Source of the DNA: Actinomycetota bacterium
GTDB taxonomy: Bacteria > Actinomycetota > UBA4738 > JBJMLN01
Length of the DNA: 64,000 nt
Direction of reading: 5' to 3'
Assembly (NCBI GenBank): GCA_045805285.1
Contig: JBJMLN010000038.1
Span: 13,232-77,231, forward strand
Numbering within the stretch: the stretch's first letter is position 1; each line of letters starts with the position of its first letter. The position numbers and the translations under genes were made by a program. The notes beneath the pieces were generated by a model that was not told the DNA's origin, searched no databases, and saw nothing but the letters and a program-made list of their open reading frames with translations. Below are positions 38,288 to 46,817 of this stretch, piece after piece.

Positions 38288-39276
38288 GAGATCCCTTCCG
38301 TGGCGGGATGGTGCGCCGAGGCGTTCGCCTCGCCGTCGTGGACCATCGCCGGGAACGCGCGACCGCTCGTGGGCTGCCATCCCGGTTCGAGCCCCAGCAG
38401 CTCTACCGGCGTCTCCTTCAGCATGCGCTCCAGATACTCGTAGGGAACACCCACTCCGAGCAAGGCAGCCATCAGCATGCGGAGGCCCTCCGGGTGCGGC
38501 GGGCCGGCGAACTGTCCGAGGTCGGAGCCGAAGACGAGGTTCCGGCCCTCGAGCGCCGTGATCCACTCCCCCAGCTCGCCGGGCTGTTGCTCCCAAAAGA
38601 TCGGAGACGTGCACGTGCACGCGACGTACTCGAGGATCGCGCCCTTGTCCATGAGCTCGCGCTGGACCTCGAGGTCGAGCTTGCAGAGCGACCAGTTGGC
38701 GTGCGTGACGATGAACTTCCTCGGAGAGACGCCGGCCGCGAGAGCCGCGTCCTGCAGCGCGCGGATCTCCTCTAAGGAGAGGTGACCGGTCGCGAGGCAA
38801 GCTCCGTTCTCCGCGACGACCTCGCAGATCGTCCGGGCGGCTTTCGTGAGCGTCTTGCCGTCCTCCTCGAAGACGGTGATGCCGACGCCGGGGAGCTGCT
38901 TCTTCGGGCGGCCGAACTGCGGATAGTCCGGGATGTCGAAGTAGTCGGCGTGATACTTGGAGTGATTCGACGGCATCCACACGATCTTCGCGCCGTAGTG
39001 GAGCGCCGCCTCTGCGACGTAGGGATCGAGGCCGCCGACGGAGCGGTTCAGCACGACGGCGCCGAAGGACTCCACCTCCGGATACATCTTGGAGACGTAG
39101 TAGGCGCGCCCGGTCGTCGACGCGTCGTGGTCCTTCAGCACGAACCCGCGCATCCCGAACTCGATCGCGTACTGCGCGAGCGTCGCATCGTCGATGTGCC
39201 GGTTGAAGAGCGCCGGAGCCGTGTGGGCGTGCATGTCGATCGCGCCCTTCATCAGCTCGAGATCCGGCCGCTCCAT
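38284..39276 (-). CDS. Metal-dependent amidohydrolase-family (TIM-barrel) protein
   Basis: DMHAHT metal ligand motif, ~330 aa. First gene of the minus-strand operon. Confidence 0.6.
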   Translation of the reverse strand: MERPDLELMKGAIDMHAHTAPALFNRHIDDATLAQYAIEFGMRGFVLKDHDASTTGRAYYVSKMYPEVESFGAVVLNRSVGGLDPYVAEAALHYGAKIVWMPSNHSKYHADYFDIPDYPQFGRPKKQLPGVGITVFEEDGKTLTKAARTICEVVAENGACLATGHLSLEEIRALQDAALAAGVSPRKFIVTHANWSLCKLDLEVQRELMDKGAILEYVACTCTSPIFWEQQPGELGEWITALEGRNLVFGSDLGQFAGPPHPEGLRMLMAALLGVGVPYEYLERMLKETPVELLGLEPGWQPTSGRAFPAMVHDGEANASAHHPATEGIS

Positions 39277-39326
39277 CTCCCTCCCTTCTCGTTCAGCGAG
39301 AAGGCATTTCGACTACCGGGAGGCGC

Positions 39327-39336
39327 ATGCTAGCAT
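39327..39336. promoter_or_regulatory. Perfect 10-bp palindrome ATGCTAGCAT in the divergent promoter region; candidate IclR operator
   Basis: Lies in the ~100-bp gap between the amidohydrolase start (39276, minus) and the ALDH start (39377, plus). Confidence 0.35.
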
Positions 39337-39376
39337 CCGCGCTCCGACGGTCAAATCGCAACGAGAGGCGCCCACC

Positions 39377-40807
39377 GTGCCGCAACAAGCTCCCACCATC
39401 TCCCCGGTCGTCGTCGCCGGCGAGGAGATCTCCGACGGCGAAACGTTCACGGTTCGGTCCCCCTGGGACGGCCGCGATGTCGGAGCGGTCCCGTGGCTCG
39501 GAGCCGACGCCGCTCGGGCGGCGGTCGACGCGGCCGCGAACGCGATGCGGGAGAGGCTCCCGGCGGCGGAACGGGCGTCCATCCTCGACGGCGTCATCGA
39601 GATCGTCCGCTCGAGGCGCGAGGAGCTCGCACGGCTGATCTCATCGGAGAACGGCAAGCCGTACAAGTTCGCCGCCGCCGAGGTCGACCGCTGCATCCAG
39701 ACCCTGATCTTCTCCGCGGTGGAGGCTCGCTCGCTTTCCGGCCGCGGCGTTCCGCTCGACGCGCATCCGGCCGGCGTCGGGCGGCTCGGCATGACGATCC
39801 GCGTTCCGATCGGCGTCGTCGGAGCGATCACGCCGTTCAACTTCCCGCTCACGCTCGCCGCTCACAAGGTCGCGCCGGCCGTCGCCGCTGGCTGCGGCGT
39901 CGTCCTGAAGCCGGCGGACAAGGCTCCCCTCGCCGCGATCGAGCTCGTTCACGCCTTCCACGAAGCGGGTCTCCCGAAGCCGTGGATGTCCGTGCTGATC
40001 GGCGACGCCCCCGAGATCGCCGACGTCCTCCTCGAGGACGACCGCGTCGCGCTCCTCACGTTCACCGGCTCCGCCGCGATCGGATGGGAGCTCGCGCGCC
40101 GCGCGCCGCGGAAACGCGTGACACTCGAGCTCGGCAACTCCACGCCGGTGATCGTGTGCGCAGACGCCGACCTCGACGCGGCCGCAGCGGCGAGCGCCGG
40201 GAGTGGCTACGCGTTCGCCGGACAGTCCTGCATCTCCGTCCAGCGCGCGCTGGTGCACGAGTCGGTGCACGACGAGTTCCTCTCCGCGCTGGTCAAGGCC
40301 GCGGGGGCGCAGGTCGCGGGCGATCCTGCCGAGCCAGACACCGACCTCGGGCCGTCGATCACGAAGGAGGCGCGCGACCGCGTGCACGAGATCGTCGACG
40401 AGGCCGTCTCCGCCGGCGCGGGGCTCCACGGCGGCGGAACGTTCGGCGACGGGTACCTCCGTCCCGCGGTGCTCGACCGTCCGCGGCACGACCTCCGCGT
40501 CTGGAGCAAGGAGGCCTTCGGCCCGGTGATCTCGGTCGACACGTTCTCGACGATGGACGAGGCGATCGACCTGGCCAACGGAACGGAGTACGGCCTGCAG
40601 GCGGGCATCTTCACACGCGACCTCAGCGTCGCCCTCGACGCCGTGGAGCGCCTGGAGTTCGGCGGCGTCACCGTGAACGAGGCGCCCCAGTTCCGCGTCG
40701 ACCAGATGCCGTACGGCGGAACGAAGGCATCCGGGAACACGAAGGAAGGGCCGCACGACGCCGTCCGGGAGATGACCGAGGAACGAATGGTCGTCATCAA
40801 GCTGTGA
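39377..40807 (+). CDS. Aldehyde dehydrogenase (NAD(P)+)
   Basis: ELGNSTPVIV (Glu) and FAGQSCISVQR (Cys) catalytic motifs. GTG start in frame with ORF 39194. Confidence 0.85.
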   Translation: MPQQAPTISPVVVAGEEISDGETFTVRSPWDGRDVGAVPWLGADAARAAVDAAANAMRERLPAAERASILDGVIEIVRSRREELARLISSENGKPYKFAAAEVDRCIQTLIFSAVEARSLSGRGVPLDAHPAGVGRLGMTIRVPIGVVGAITPFNFPLTLAAHKVAPAVAAGCGVVLKPADKAPLAAIELVHAFHEAGLPKPWMSVLIGDAPEIADVLLEDDRVALLTFTGSAAIGWELARRAPRKRVTLELGNSTPVIVCADADLDAAAAASAGSGYAFAGQSCISVQRALVHESVHDEFLSALVKAAGAQVAGDPAEPDTDLGPSITKEARDRVHEIVDEAVSAGAGLHGGGTFGDGYLRPAVLDRPRHDLRVWSKEAFGPVISVDTFSTMDEAIDLANGTEYGLQAGIFTRDLSVALDAVERLEFGGVTVNEAPQFRVDQMPYGGTKASGNTKEGPHDAVREMTEERMVVIKL

Positions 40808-41646
40808 GCGCAGCGCGGGTTGAGCCGGCCAAGCGCACGCACGCCGTGGCGAACGGCGACGGCCGGCCGGCGTTCCAGATCCTCGACCGCACGTTCGCGA
40901 TCCTCGACCTCTTCGACGAGGAACGCCCCGAGTGGACCGGGACGGAGATCGCGCGCGCGCTCGAGCTTCCCGTTCCGACCACGCACCGGATCCTGATGGC
41001 GCTCAAGCAGCGCGGCTACGTGAGCCAGCACGAGGAGACGAAGCGCTTCCGGCTCGGAGTGGGTGCCCTCCACCTCGGCGACCGGGCACACGCGGCGGTG
41101 GATCTCCGCTCGCTGTCGCTTCCGGTGTTGAAGCGGCTCTCCCGCGAGACGGGCGAGACCGCGTTGCTGACCGTCGTCGCGCCGGGCGGCTCACGCGGGG
41201 TGTGTCTCGAGCGGGTCGAGACGGCGCAGCCGCTCCGTCTGTCGGTCCAGCCGGGACGGCGAGTTCCGTTGCACGCGGGCGCGTCGCAGAAGGCGTTGCT
41301 CGCATTCCTCCCCTCGGACGCGGTCGACCGCGTGTTGTCGCAGCCGCTGGAGCGTCTCTGCGAGCACACGATCGTCGATCGGCAGGCGCTCCGAGCGGAG
41401 ATCGCGCGCACCCGTACGCGCGGCTGGGCGGACTCGAACGAGGAGACGAATCTCGGCGTTCGCGGCATCGCGATCCCGGTGCTCTCCGAGGGCGGGAGCG
41501 TGGTGTGCGCGATCGGCGTCGCCGGCCCGAGCGCGCGGCTCGACGATGCGCGGATCGCCTTGCTGTTTCCGACGGTTGTTTCGGCCGCGGAGGAGATCTC
41601 CTCCGCACTCGGTCATCGAGTGCCGGATCTCGAGGCGCCGTCGTGA
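40804..41646 (+). CDS. IclR-family transcriptional regulator
   Basis: N-terminal wHTH (TGTEIARALELPVPTTHRILMAL) plus IclR effector domain. GTGA overlap with ALDH. Confidence 0.8.
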   Translation: MSAARVEPAKRTHAVANGDGRPAFQILDRTFAILDLFDEERPEWTGTEIARALELPVPTTHRILMALKQRGYVSQHEETKRFRLGVGALHLGDRAHAAVDLRSLSLPVLKRLSRETGETALLTVVAPGGSRGVCLERVETAQPLRLSVQPGRRVPLHAGASQKALLAFLPSDAVDRVLSQPLERLCEHTIVDRQALRAEIARTRTRGWADSNEETNLGVRGIAIPVLSEGGSVVCAIGVAGPSARLDDARIALLFPTVVSAAEEISSALGHRVPDLEAPS

Positions 41647-42428
41647 CGCTCGCGGGAAAGGTGGCCGTCGTCACGGGCGCGGCGAAGGGCATCGGCGGCG
41701 TCGTGACCGAGCACCTGGCGCGCGACGGAGCGCACGTCGCGCTCGTGGGCCGCGACCTCGCCGCGTTGAACGACCACGCGGCCGCCCTCGACGAGAAGTT
41801 CCCCGAACGGGAGAGCGTCGTCGTGCGCTGCGACGTGACCTCCGAGGAGGAGGTCGCCGCGATGGTCTCCACCGTCGTCGACCGGTTCGGCGGCGTCGAC
41901 ATCCTCGTGAATACCGCGGGCGGGACCGGCCCGATCGAGACCCCGGCCAAGGATTATCCCGTCGAGCAGTTCCGCGCGATCCTGGAGCTCAACGTGATCG
42001 GAACGTTCCTCCCCTGCAAGCACTCGATCCCGCATCTGATCGCGCGCGGCGGAGGACGGATCGTCAACATCGCGGGAACGTCGGGACTGCGCGGCTATCG
42101 GAACCGGTCGGGGTACTCCTCGTCGAAGTGGGCGATCCGTGGGCTCACGCGGACGCTCGCGCTGGAGCTCGGCCCGCACGACATCACCGTGAACGACGTC
42201 TGCCCGAACGTCACGAACGGCAGTCGCATGGACAAGATCGTCGCGGAGAAGGCGCGCGTCCTCGGCAAGACGCCCGAGGAGGTCTACGCCGACTTCGAGC
42301 GCCAGACTGCCTTGGGCCGGTTCGTCGAGGAGGAGGACATCGCGAACGCGATCGATTTCCTGGTCTCCGATGGAGCGCGGAACATCACCGGGCACGACAT
42401 CCCGGTCGACGCAGGCTGGGACGTCTAG
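41643..42428 (+). CDS. SDR-family oxidoreductase
   Basis: TGAAKGIGG (Rossmann), NTAG, S...YSSSK active site. GTGA overlap with IclR. Confidence 0.85.
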   Translation: MTLAGKVAVVTGAAKGIGGVVTEHLARDGAHVALVGRDLAALNDHAAALDEKFPERESVVVRCDVTSEEEVAAMVSTVVDRFGGVDILVNTAGGTGPIETPAKDYPVEQFRAILELNVIGTFLPCKHSIPHLIARGGGRIVNIAGTSGLRGYRNRSGYSSSKWAIRGLTRTLALELGPHDITVNDVCPNVTNGSRMDKIVAEKARVLGKTPEEVYADFERQTALGRFVEEEDIANAIDFLVSDGARNITGHDIPVDAGWDV

Positions 42429-42871
42429 GGAGACACCAGCCAGTACAGATCCCCGCAACGCTCGGGGATGTCCACACCGGTCAGTTCCGTCGCCCATCTC
42501 TCCGATGCTGCCGCACCGCCCGTCTCGCTCGGCCGGCCCTCGCCTCCGCCGAGCTCGATCTCGTCTCCGACGCGCCCAACCAGTCGGCCGTCCTGATCGG
42601 AGACCTGGACCCGGCGGTTCACGACGCGGGCCTGGTAGCCCCTCGGCCACAGGAGCAACCAGTGCTCCCGACCGCTTCCTACGTCGAGGCAGCGATTCCG
42701 CTCCTCGAGTGTGCCGCTGATCAAGGCCGCCGGATACGCGTTCCCGATCGGCACGGTCGGAAAGAAGATGCCGGCCCCGCCCGGACCTCCGACAACAGGA
42801 GGAGGAACCGGACCGCGCGAACCGAGGAGGGACCCGGCCGCGATCAGCGCAACAACCGTGAACCTCCACAC
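42425..42871 (-). CDS. Secreted hypothetical protein
   Basis: N-terminal hydrophobic signal MWRFTVVALIAAGSLLG. No known motif. Confidence 0.4.
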   Translation of the reverse strand: MWRFTVVALIAAGSLLGSRGPVPPPVVGGPGGAGIFFPTVPIGNAYPAALISGTLEERNRCLDVGSGREHWLLLWPRGYQARVVNRRVQVSDQDGRLVGRVGDEIELGGGEGRPSETGGAAASERWATELTGVDIPERCGDLYWLVSP

Positions 42872-43020
42872 CCCGACATCGTCAACCCGCGGCGTCGCAG
42901 CCGCAAGCCTCCGCGCATGTACAGGTTCGACGGACGGACGCGTCCAAGACTTCTGTCGGAGTCGCAGCCTCCCTCCGCTCGCTCTTGCCTCGACAGAATC
43001 GCCCGCATATCGTCAGCTCG

Positions 43021-43655
43021 ATGGAAGCGGCGACCGAGCCGACGCAGACACGATCCCCCGGAGGTCACTCGCGCTGGCGCGCTTGGGTCGGTGCGACGAT
43101 CGCTGTCGCAACTGTCGTCGCCGTAGGCGCAGCGTTGGCCGCCTGGAACGGCATGTTGCCTTGGGACGCTCCGATGGATCCGGGAAACGGCGGAGGTGTC
43201 GTCGGCTTCATCACGTCCCTCTCCACAAGGAGATCCCGTATCCGGCGCTGTGGGTGTACAACCCCTCGCGCGTCGGGGTCACGCTCGACAGCGTTGAGCT
43301 CGCCGCGGGGAACCTCCGTGGTCTTCACGTCATCGACGCATGGCTTCCGTCGAGCGACCGTTGTGCCGACCTCGCTGCAAACCCACGAACGACTCCTGAC
43401 GAGTGCAAGCTCCCGGTGGATGGTTATCAGCTGCCAGCCGCTACCCCGACCGGGAATGGACCGCGGCTCGTCGTCGAACTCGAGGCGTCGCGGGTGGGGC
43501 AGTACGTCTCTCCGGGCTTCGTGATCCATTACCACGTGGGACCGCTCCACTATTCGACGACCTATACGAACGGGTTGGTCCTCTGTACGGAGGGGCAGGG
43601 CTGTCGGGACTCGCTGATGCGTAAGGCGGCGGGATGGAAACCGCTGCCGGAATAA
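43021..43655 (+). pseudogene. Membrane-anchored hypothetical gene apparently broken by a frameshift near 43205-43215
   Basis: N-terminus with TM helix in one frame (MEAATEPTQ...WVGATIAVATVVAVGAALAAW...VVGFITSL). Coding-like continuation in another frame (HKEIPYPALWVYNPSRVGV...VIHYHVGPLHY) with no start codon of its own. Confidence 0.35.
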
Positions 43656-43701
43656 GCCACTCAACATTCGACCGGAAAGCATCCGGATCATCGGAGGAAC
43701 G

Positions 43702-44034
43702 ATGAGACATCTATGCCTGGCATACGGCAACGAACGGGACTGGCTCGCGCTCACGGAAGGTGAACGGGAGGAGCTCTCGGCGAACGACGAGGTCCTCCGT
43801 CAGCGCGGAGACGACGTCGCCGTCCTCGGCCCCGCCGTCACGGTCCGCGCATGGGACCGAAAGCCGGAGACAACCGACGAGCCGTTCGCAAGAGGAAACG
43901 CTCCACTCGTGGGCTTCTCCATCATCGACGCGGAGGACATCGACGAGGTGATCTCCCTCGTCGCGGGAACGCCGTGCGCGGTCGCGAAGGGCGCCATCGA
44001 GATCCATCCGATCGAGTCCGAGATCGTCGAGTAG
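43702..44034 (+). CDS. YciI-like family protein (second copy)
   Basis: HLCLAYGNE...GFSIIDAEDIDEVISLVAGTPCAVAKGAIEIHPI pattern. Confidence 0.6.
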   Translation: MRHLCLAYGNERDWLALTEGEREELSANDEVLRQRGDDVAVLGPAVTVRAWDRKPETTDEPFARGNAPLVGFSIIDAEDIDEVISLVAGTPCAVAKGAIEIHPIESEIVE

Positions 44035-46221
44035 TCACGCGACGGGGATAGCGCCTCGGATCGTCGTTCCGGAGCCCGGCGCCGACTCGACAGCCAGCTC
44101 CCCACCGATCGCGGCGAGGCGGTCCGCCATGCCCTGCAATCCCGTTCCGTACGACGTCGACTCCGCATCGAATCCCTCTCCGTCGTCGGAGATCTCGAAG
44201 CGGAGCTCGCCGTTCTCCTGCGACAAGCGCACCAGCGCCGAGGACGCGTGCGCGTACTTCCCGATGTTCTGGAGCGCCTCCAACGCACAGAAATACACGG
44301 CGGCCTCGATCTCCTGCGGATAGCGGCCGACCGAATCAGGCTCCACGGAGGTCGGCACGACGGCCTTGCGACCCTGTGCCGCGAGCGCTTCCGGCAATCC
44401 CTTATCGGCGAGGAGCGGTGGATAGATCCCTCGTGCGAGGTCGCGGAGATCGTCCAACGCGTCGGTGACGGCGGACTGGAGTCGCGTGGCTGCCTGCTTC
44501 ACCTTCTCGGGGTCCTCGGCCTGCCGCTGGAGCAACCCCAGCTGCACGTTCACCGCCACGAGTTGTTGCTGCGCGCCGTCGTGGAGGTTCCGCTCGATCT
44601 TCCGGCGTTCTTCATCCTGAGCCTGCACCAGCCGCCTGCGCGACGCGCGGAGCTCCTCCACGTTCGCGAGCAGCTCCGCCGTGAGCCGCGCGTTCCGCAA
44701 CACGAGCCCGGCCTGTGCCGCGAGGTCCTGGACCAGCTTCTCCTCCGTCGGCGAGGGCGGCTCGCTGCGCGGCTTCTCGAGCGCGATCGCGCCCAGAAGC
44801 TCCTCGCCGTGGCGGACCGCGACCGCCAGGGTCACGCCCTCGAAGACGGGAAGCTCATCTCCGACGACGGCCGTCGCAACCGAAGGCTCGGCGTCGACGG
44901 GCCACGTCGCGCCGGGCCGGAGCTCCTCCCCCACTCGCAGCCAAACTTCGACCCGGCTCGCGCCCGCGCCCTCCGCGACAATCGAGGCCATCCGCTGGAG
45001 CACGTCGTCGACCCCGTAGGTCCCTCCCATGCGCTCGGCGAAGTCCGAGAGCGCCTGATACGGCGTCGCCCGCTCGCCGTAGACGAGCCGGTTCGCGAAC
45101 GCTTGCGCCCGCCGGCGCAGCGGTTGGAACAGCAACGCGACCACGACCGCCGCGGCTACCGTGAGGAACGAGTTGCCGCCATTCCCGACGATCGCGCCGA
45201 TGCCCGCGACGACGCCGACGTAGATCGCGGTCAACGCTCCCGCCAGCAGCGTGTAGACCACCGTCCGATTGATGATGACGTCGATCTCGTAGAGGCGGTA
45301 TCTCAAGATCGCGATCGTCAGCGCTCCCGGTAGCCCGAAGAAGACGACGAGCGCTGTGGCGTCGAGGAACAGCGTCGCCGCGAAGGACTGATCGCACCCA
45401 CACACCAGGAGGCTGAGGAAGCCGAGGGCGAGGAACCCGAGCGCAGCGGCCGCGGCGAATGCGATCCACTTGATCTGCTGGCGGAGCTCGGTTCCTCCCC
45501 GCCGGTACCGCCTCACCAACGACACGAAGCCCGCTCCGATAAGAAGCACGACAACCCAGACGGCTGCGACGAGCAGCCTCGGGATCAGATGTCCCGCGAT
45601 CCCCAGCGGGTTCGGAAAGACGACGGCGAGCCCGCCAGGCGCGGGAACCCGGACCGGGACCGGATCCAGGACGAAGCCCGCACACGTGATCGCCGCGGCG
45701 ACGATCCACACGACGAAGACCGGCCTCCAGCGCGGCGACGCGACCGATCCCGTCGGGAACAGGAAGAGGATCGACGCCAGCAAGAGCGTCATTGGTTGGA
45801 ACACGTATAGGCCAATCGCCCCCAAAGCCCGGGAGGCAGGGAACGAGCCTGGGTGGACGAGGATGCCGACGACTGCGTACACGCCGGCGAACGACTGGAT
45901 CGCGAGCAACAGGCCGACCGCGAACAGGATCCATCCGATAGCTGCGGTGGCGCCGCGGCGCAAGATCAGCGTCCCGAGCGTGGCGTAGAACACCGCCGCG
46001 ACGGCCTCGAGGAGACTCAGCCGATCCGACCACGCCAGGTAGCGCCATCCGACGATCGTCAGAACGGAAGCGCCGAGACCGAAGACGGCCGTGACGATCC
46101 AACCGGCCGCGGTCCCGAGGACCACCGCATCGCGCCGGGAAGCCTCCATCACGACGGATTCTCGCGCGTGTTCGGACTGCGGGACAGGGTGTTCGCCTGC
46201 GCTTCTGCTGCGTGGAGCCAC
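44035..46221 (-). CDS. Multi-TM GAF sensor histidine kinase (HisKA_3/NarX-type)
   Basis: ~10 TM N-terminal domain, GAF-like middle, H-box LHDGAQQQLVA, HATPase GTGLQGMADR. Alternative start MEASRRD at 46149. No response regulator adjacent. Confidence 0.8.
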   Translation of the reverse strand: MAPRSRSAGEHPVPQSEHARESVVMEASRRDAVVLGTAAGWIVTAVFGLGASVLTIVGWRYLAWSDRLSLLEAVAAVFYATLGTLILRRGATAAIGWILFAVGLLLAIQSFAGVYAVVGILVHPGSFPASRALGAIGLYVFQPMTLLLASILFLFPTGSVASPRWRPVFVVWIVAAAITCAGFVLDPVPVRVPAPGGLAVVFPNPLGIAGHLIPRLLVAAVWVVVLLIGAGFVSLVRRYRRGGTELRQQIKWIAFAAAAALGFLALGFLSLLVCGCDQSFAATLFLDATALVVFFGLPGALTIAILRYRLYEIDVIINRTVVYTLLAGALTAIYVGVVAGIGAIVGNGGNSFLTVAAAVVVALLFQPLRRRAQAFANRLVYGERATPYQALSDFAERMGGTYGVDDVLQRMASIVAEGAGASRVEVWLRVGEELRPGATWPVDAEPSVATAVVGDELPVFEGVTLAVAVRHGEELLGAIALEKPRSEPPSPTEEKLVQDLAAQAGLVLRNARLTAELLANVEELRASRRRLVQAQDEERRKIERNLHDGAQQQLVAVNVQLGLLQRQAEDPEKVKQAATRLQSAVTDALDDLRDLARGIYPPLLADKGLPEALAAQGRKAVVPTSVEPDSVGRYPQEIEAAVYFCALEALQNIGKYAHASSALVRLSQENGELRFEISDDGEGFDAESTSYGTGLQGMADRLAAIGGELAVESAPGSGTTIRGAIPVA

Positions 46222-46233
46222 GCGACCCCGCGG

Positions 46234-46758
46234 CTAGTCGGTGCCGTCTCCGGTCTCGTCGCCGTGTCGGTTCCCGTGCGCGCCCTTGCCGGATCCGTTC
46301 GCCTGGTGCCTTCCGAGATTCTCGCGGAGGTGCGCGAGCGCGTTCTGCAGGCCCGGGTTGTTCGGCTGAAGCTGGAGGAGCACCTCGTGTCGACAGATCG
46401 CGTTCTGCAGGCCGGTGAGACCGTCGCACACCGAGAAATCGGGTCCCCCGTGCTCCGACCCGGATGCCCCGTTCTCCTTCTGAGACCCCTCCGCCTCGGT
46501 GCCTTGGGGATCCGAAGCGTGCTGTTCGAGCGGCGCTGGAGACTCGACCGGCGTCGGCTCCGGCGTGACCGGTGGCTGCGGAGAGAGCTCCGGCGTCGGG
46601 GAAGCGTCAGGCGTGACGCTCGGCGTGGGCGACGGAGCGAAGGACGGGCTCGGCTGGTCGGCCGGCGATCGCCGCGCACCGGGAACGGCGCTCGCGACGG
46701 TCCCGCCGACGATCACGGCGGCCATCGCGTAGACGACGACCCGTAGCGCTCTCCCCAT
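46234..46758 (-). CDS. N-terminally anchored Pro/Thr/Ser-rich protein with a small Cys-containing C-terminal domain
   Basis: MGRALRVVVYAMAAVIVGG TM, PSPTPSVTPDASPTPELSPQPPVTPEPTPVESP linker. Ends 12 nt upstream of the GAF kinase start, likely co-transcribed. Confidence 0.45.
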   Translation of the reverse strand: MGRALRVVVYAMAAVIVGGTVASAVPGARRSPADQPSPSFAPSPTPSVTPDASPTPELSPQPPVTPEPTPVESPAPLEQHASDPQGTEAEGSQKENGASGSEHGGPDFSVCDGLTGLQNAICRHEVLLQLQPNNPGLQNALAHLRENLGRHQANGSGKGAHGNRHGDETGDGTD

Positions 46759-46817
46759 CTGTTTTCTGTATCGGCATCTCCGCCGGACGGGCTGAGGATC
46801 CCCGTTGCGGGGGACCT

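Noticed and set aside
39493-42428. Very long plus-strand ORFs 39493..41646 (717 aa) and 40932..42428 (498 aa)
   Set aside because: They are read-through frames. The real genes (ALDH, IclR, SDR) are separate, each starting at a GTG overlapping the previous stop. The N-terminal parts of the long ORFs are Arg/Gly-rich nonsense.
44248-46746. Plus-strand ORFs 44248..45333, 44855..46429 (minus), 45853..46746
   Set aside because: Antisense shadows of the GAF histidine kinase and the small Pro-rich protein; poly-Arg/Asp composition.
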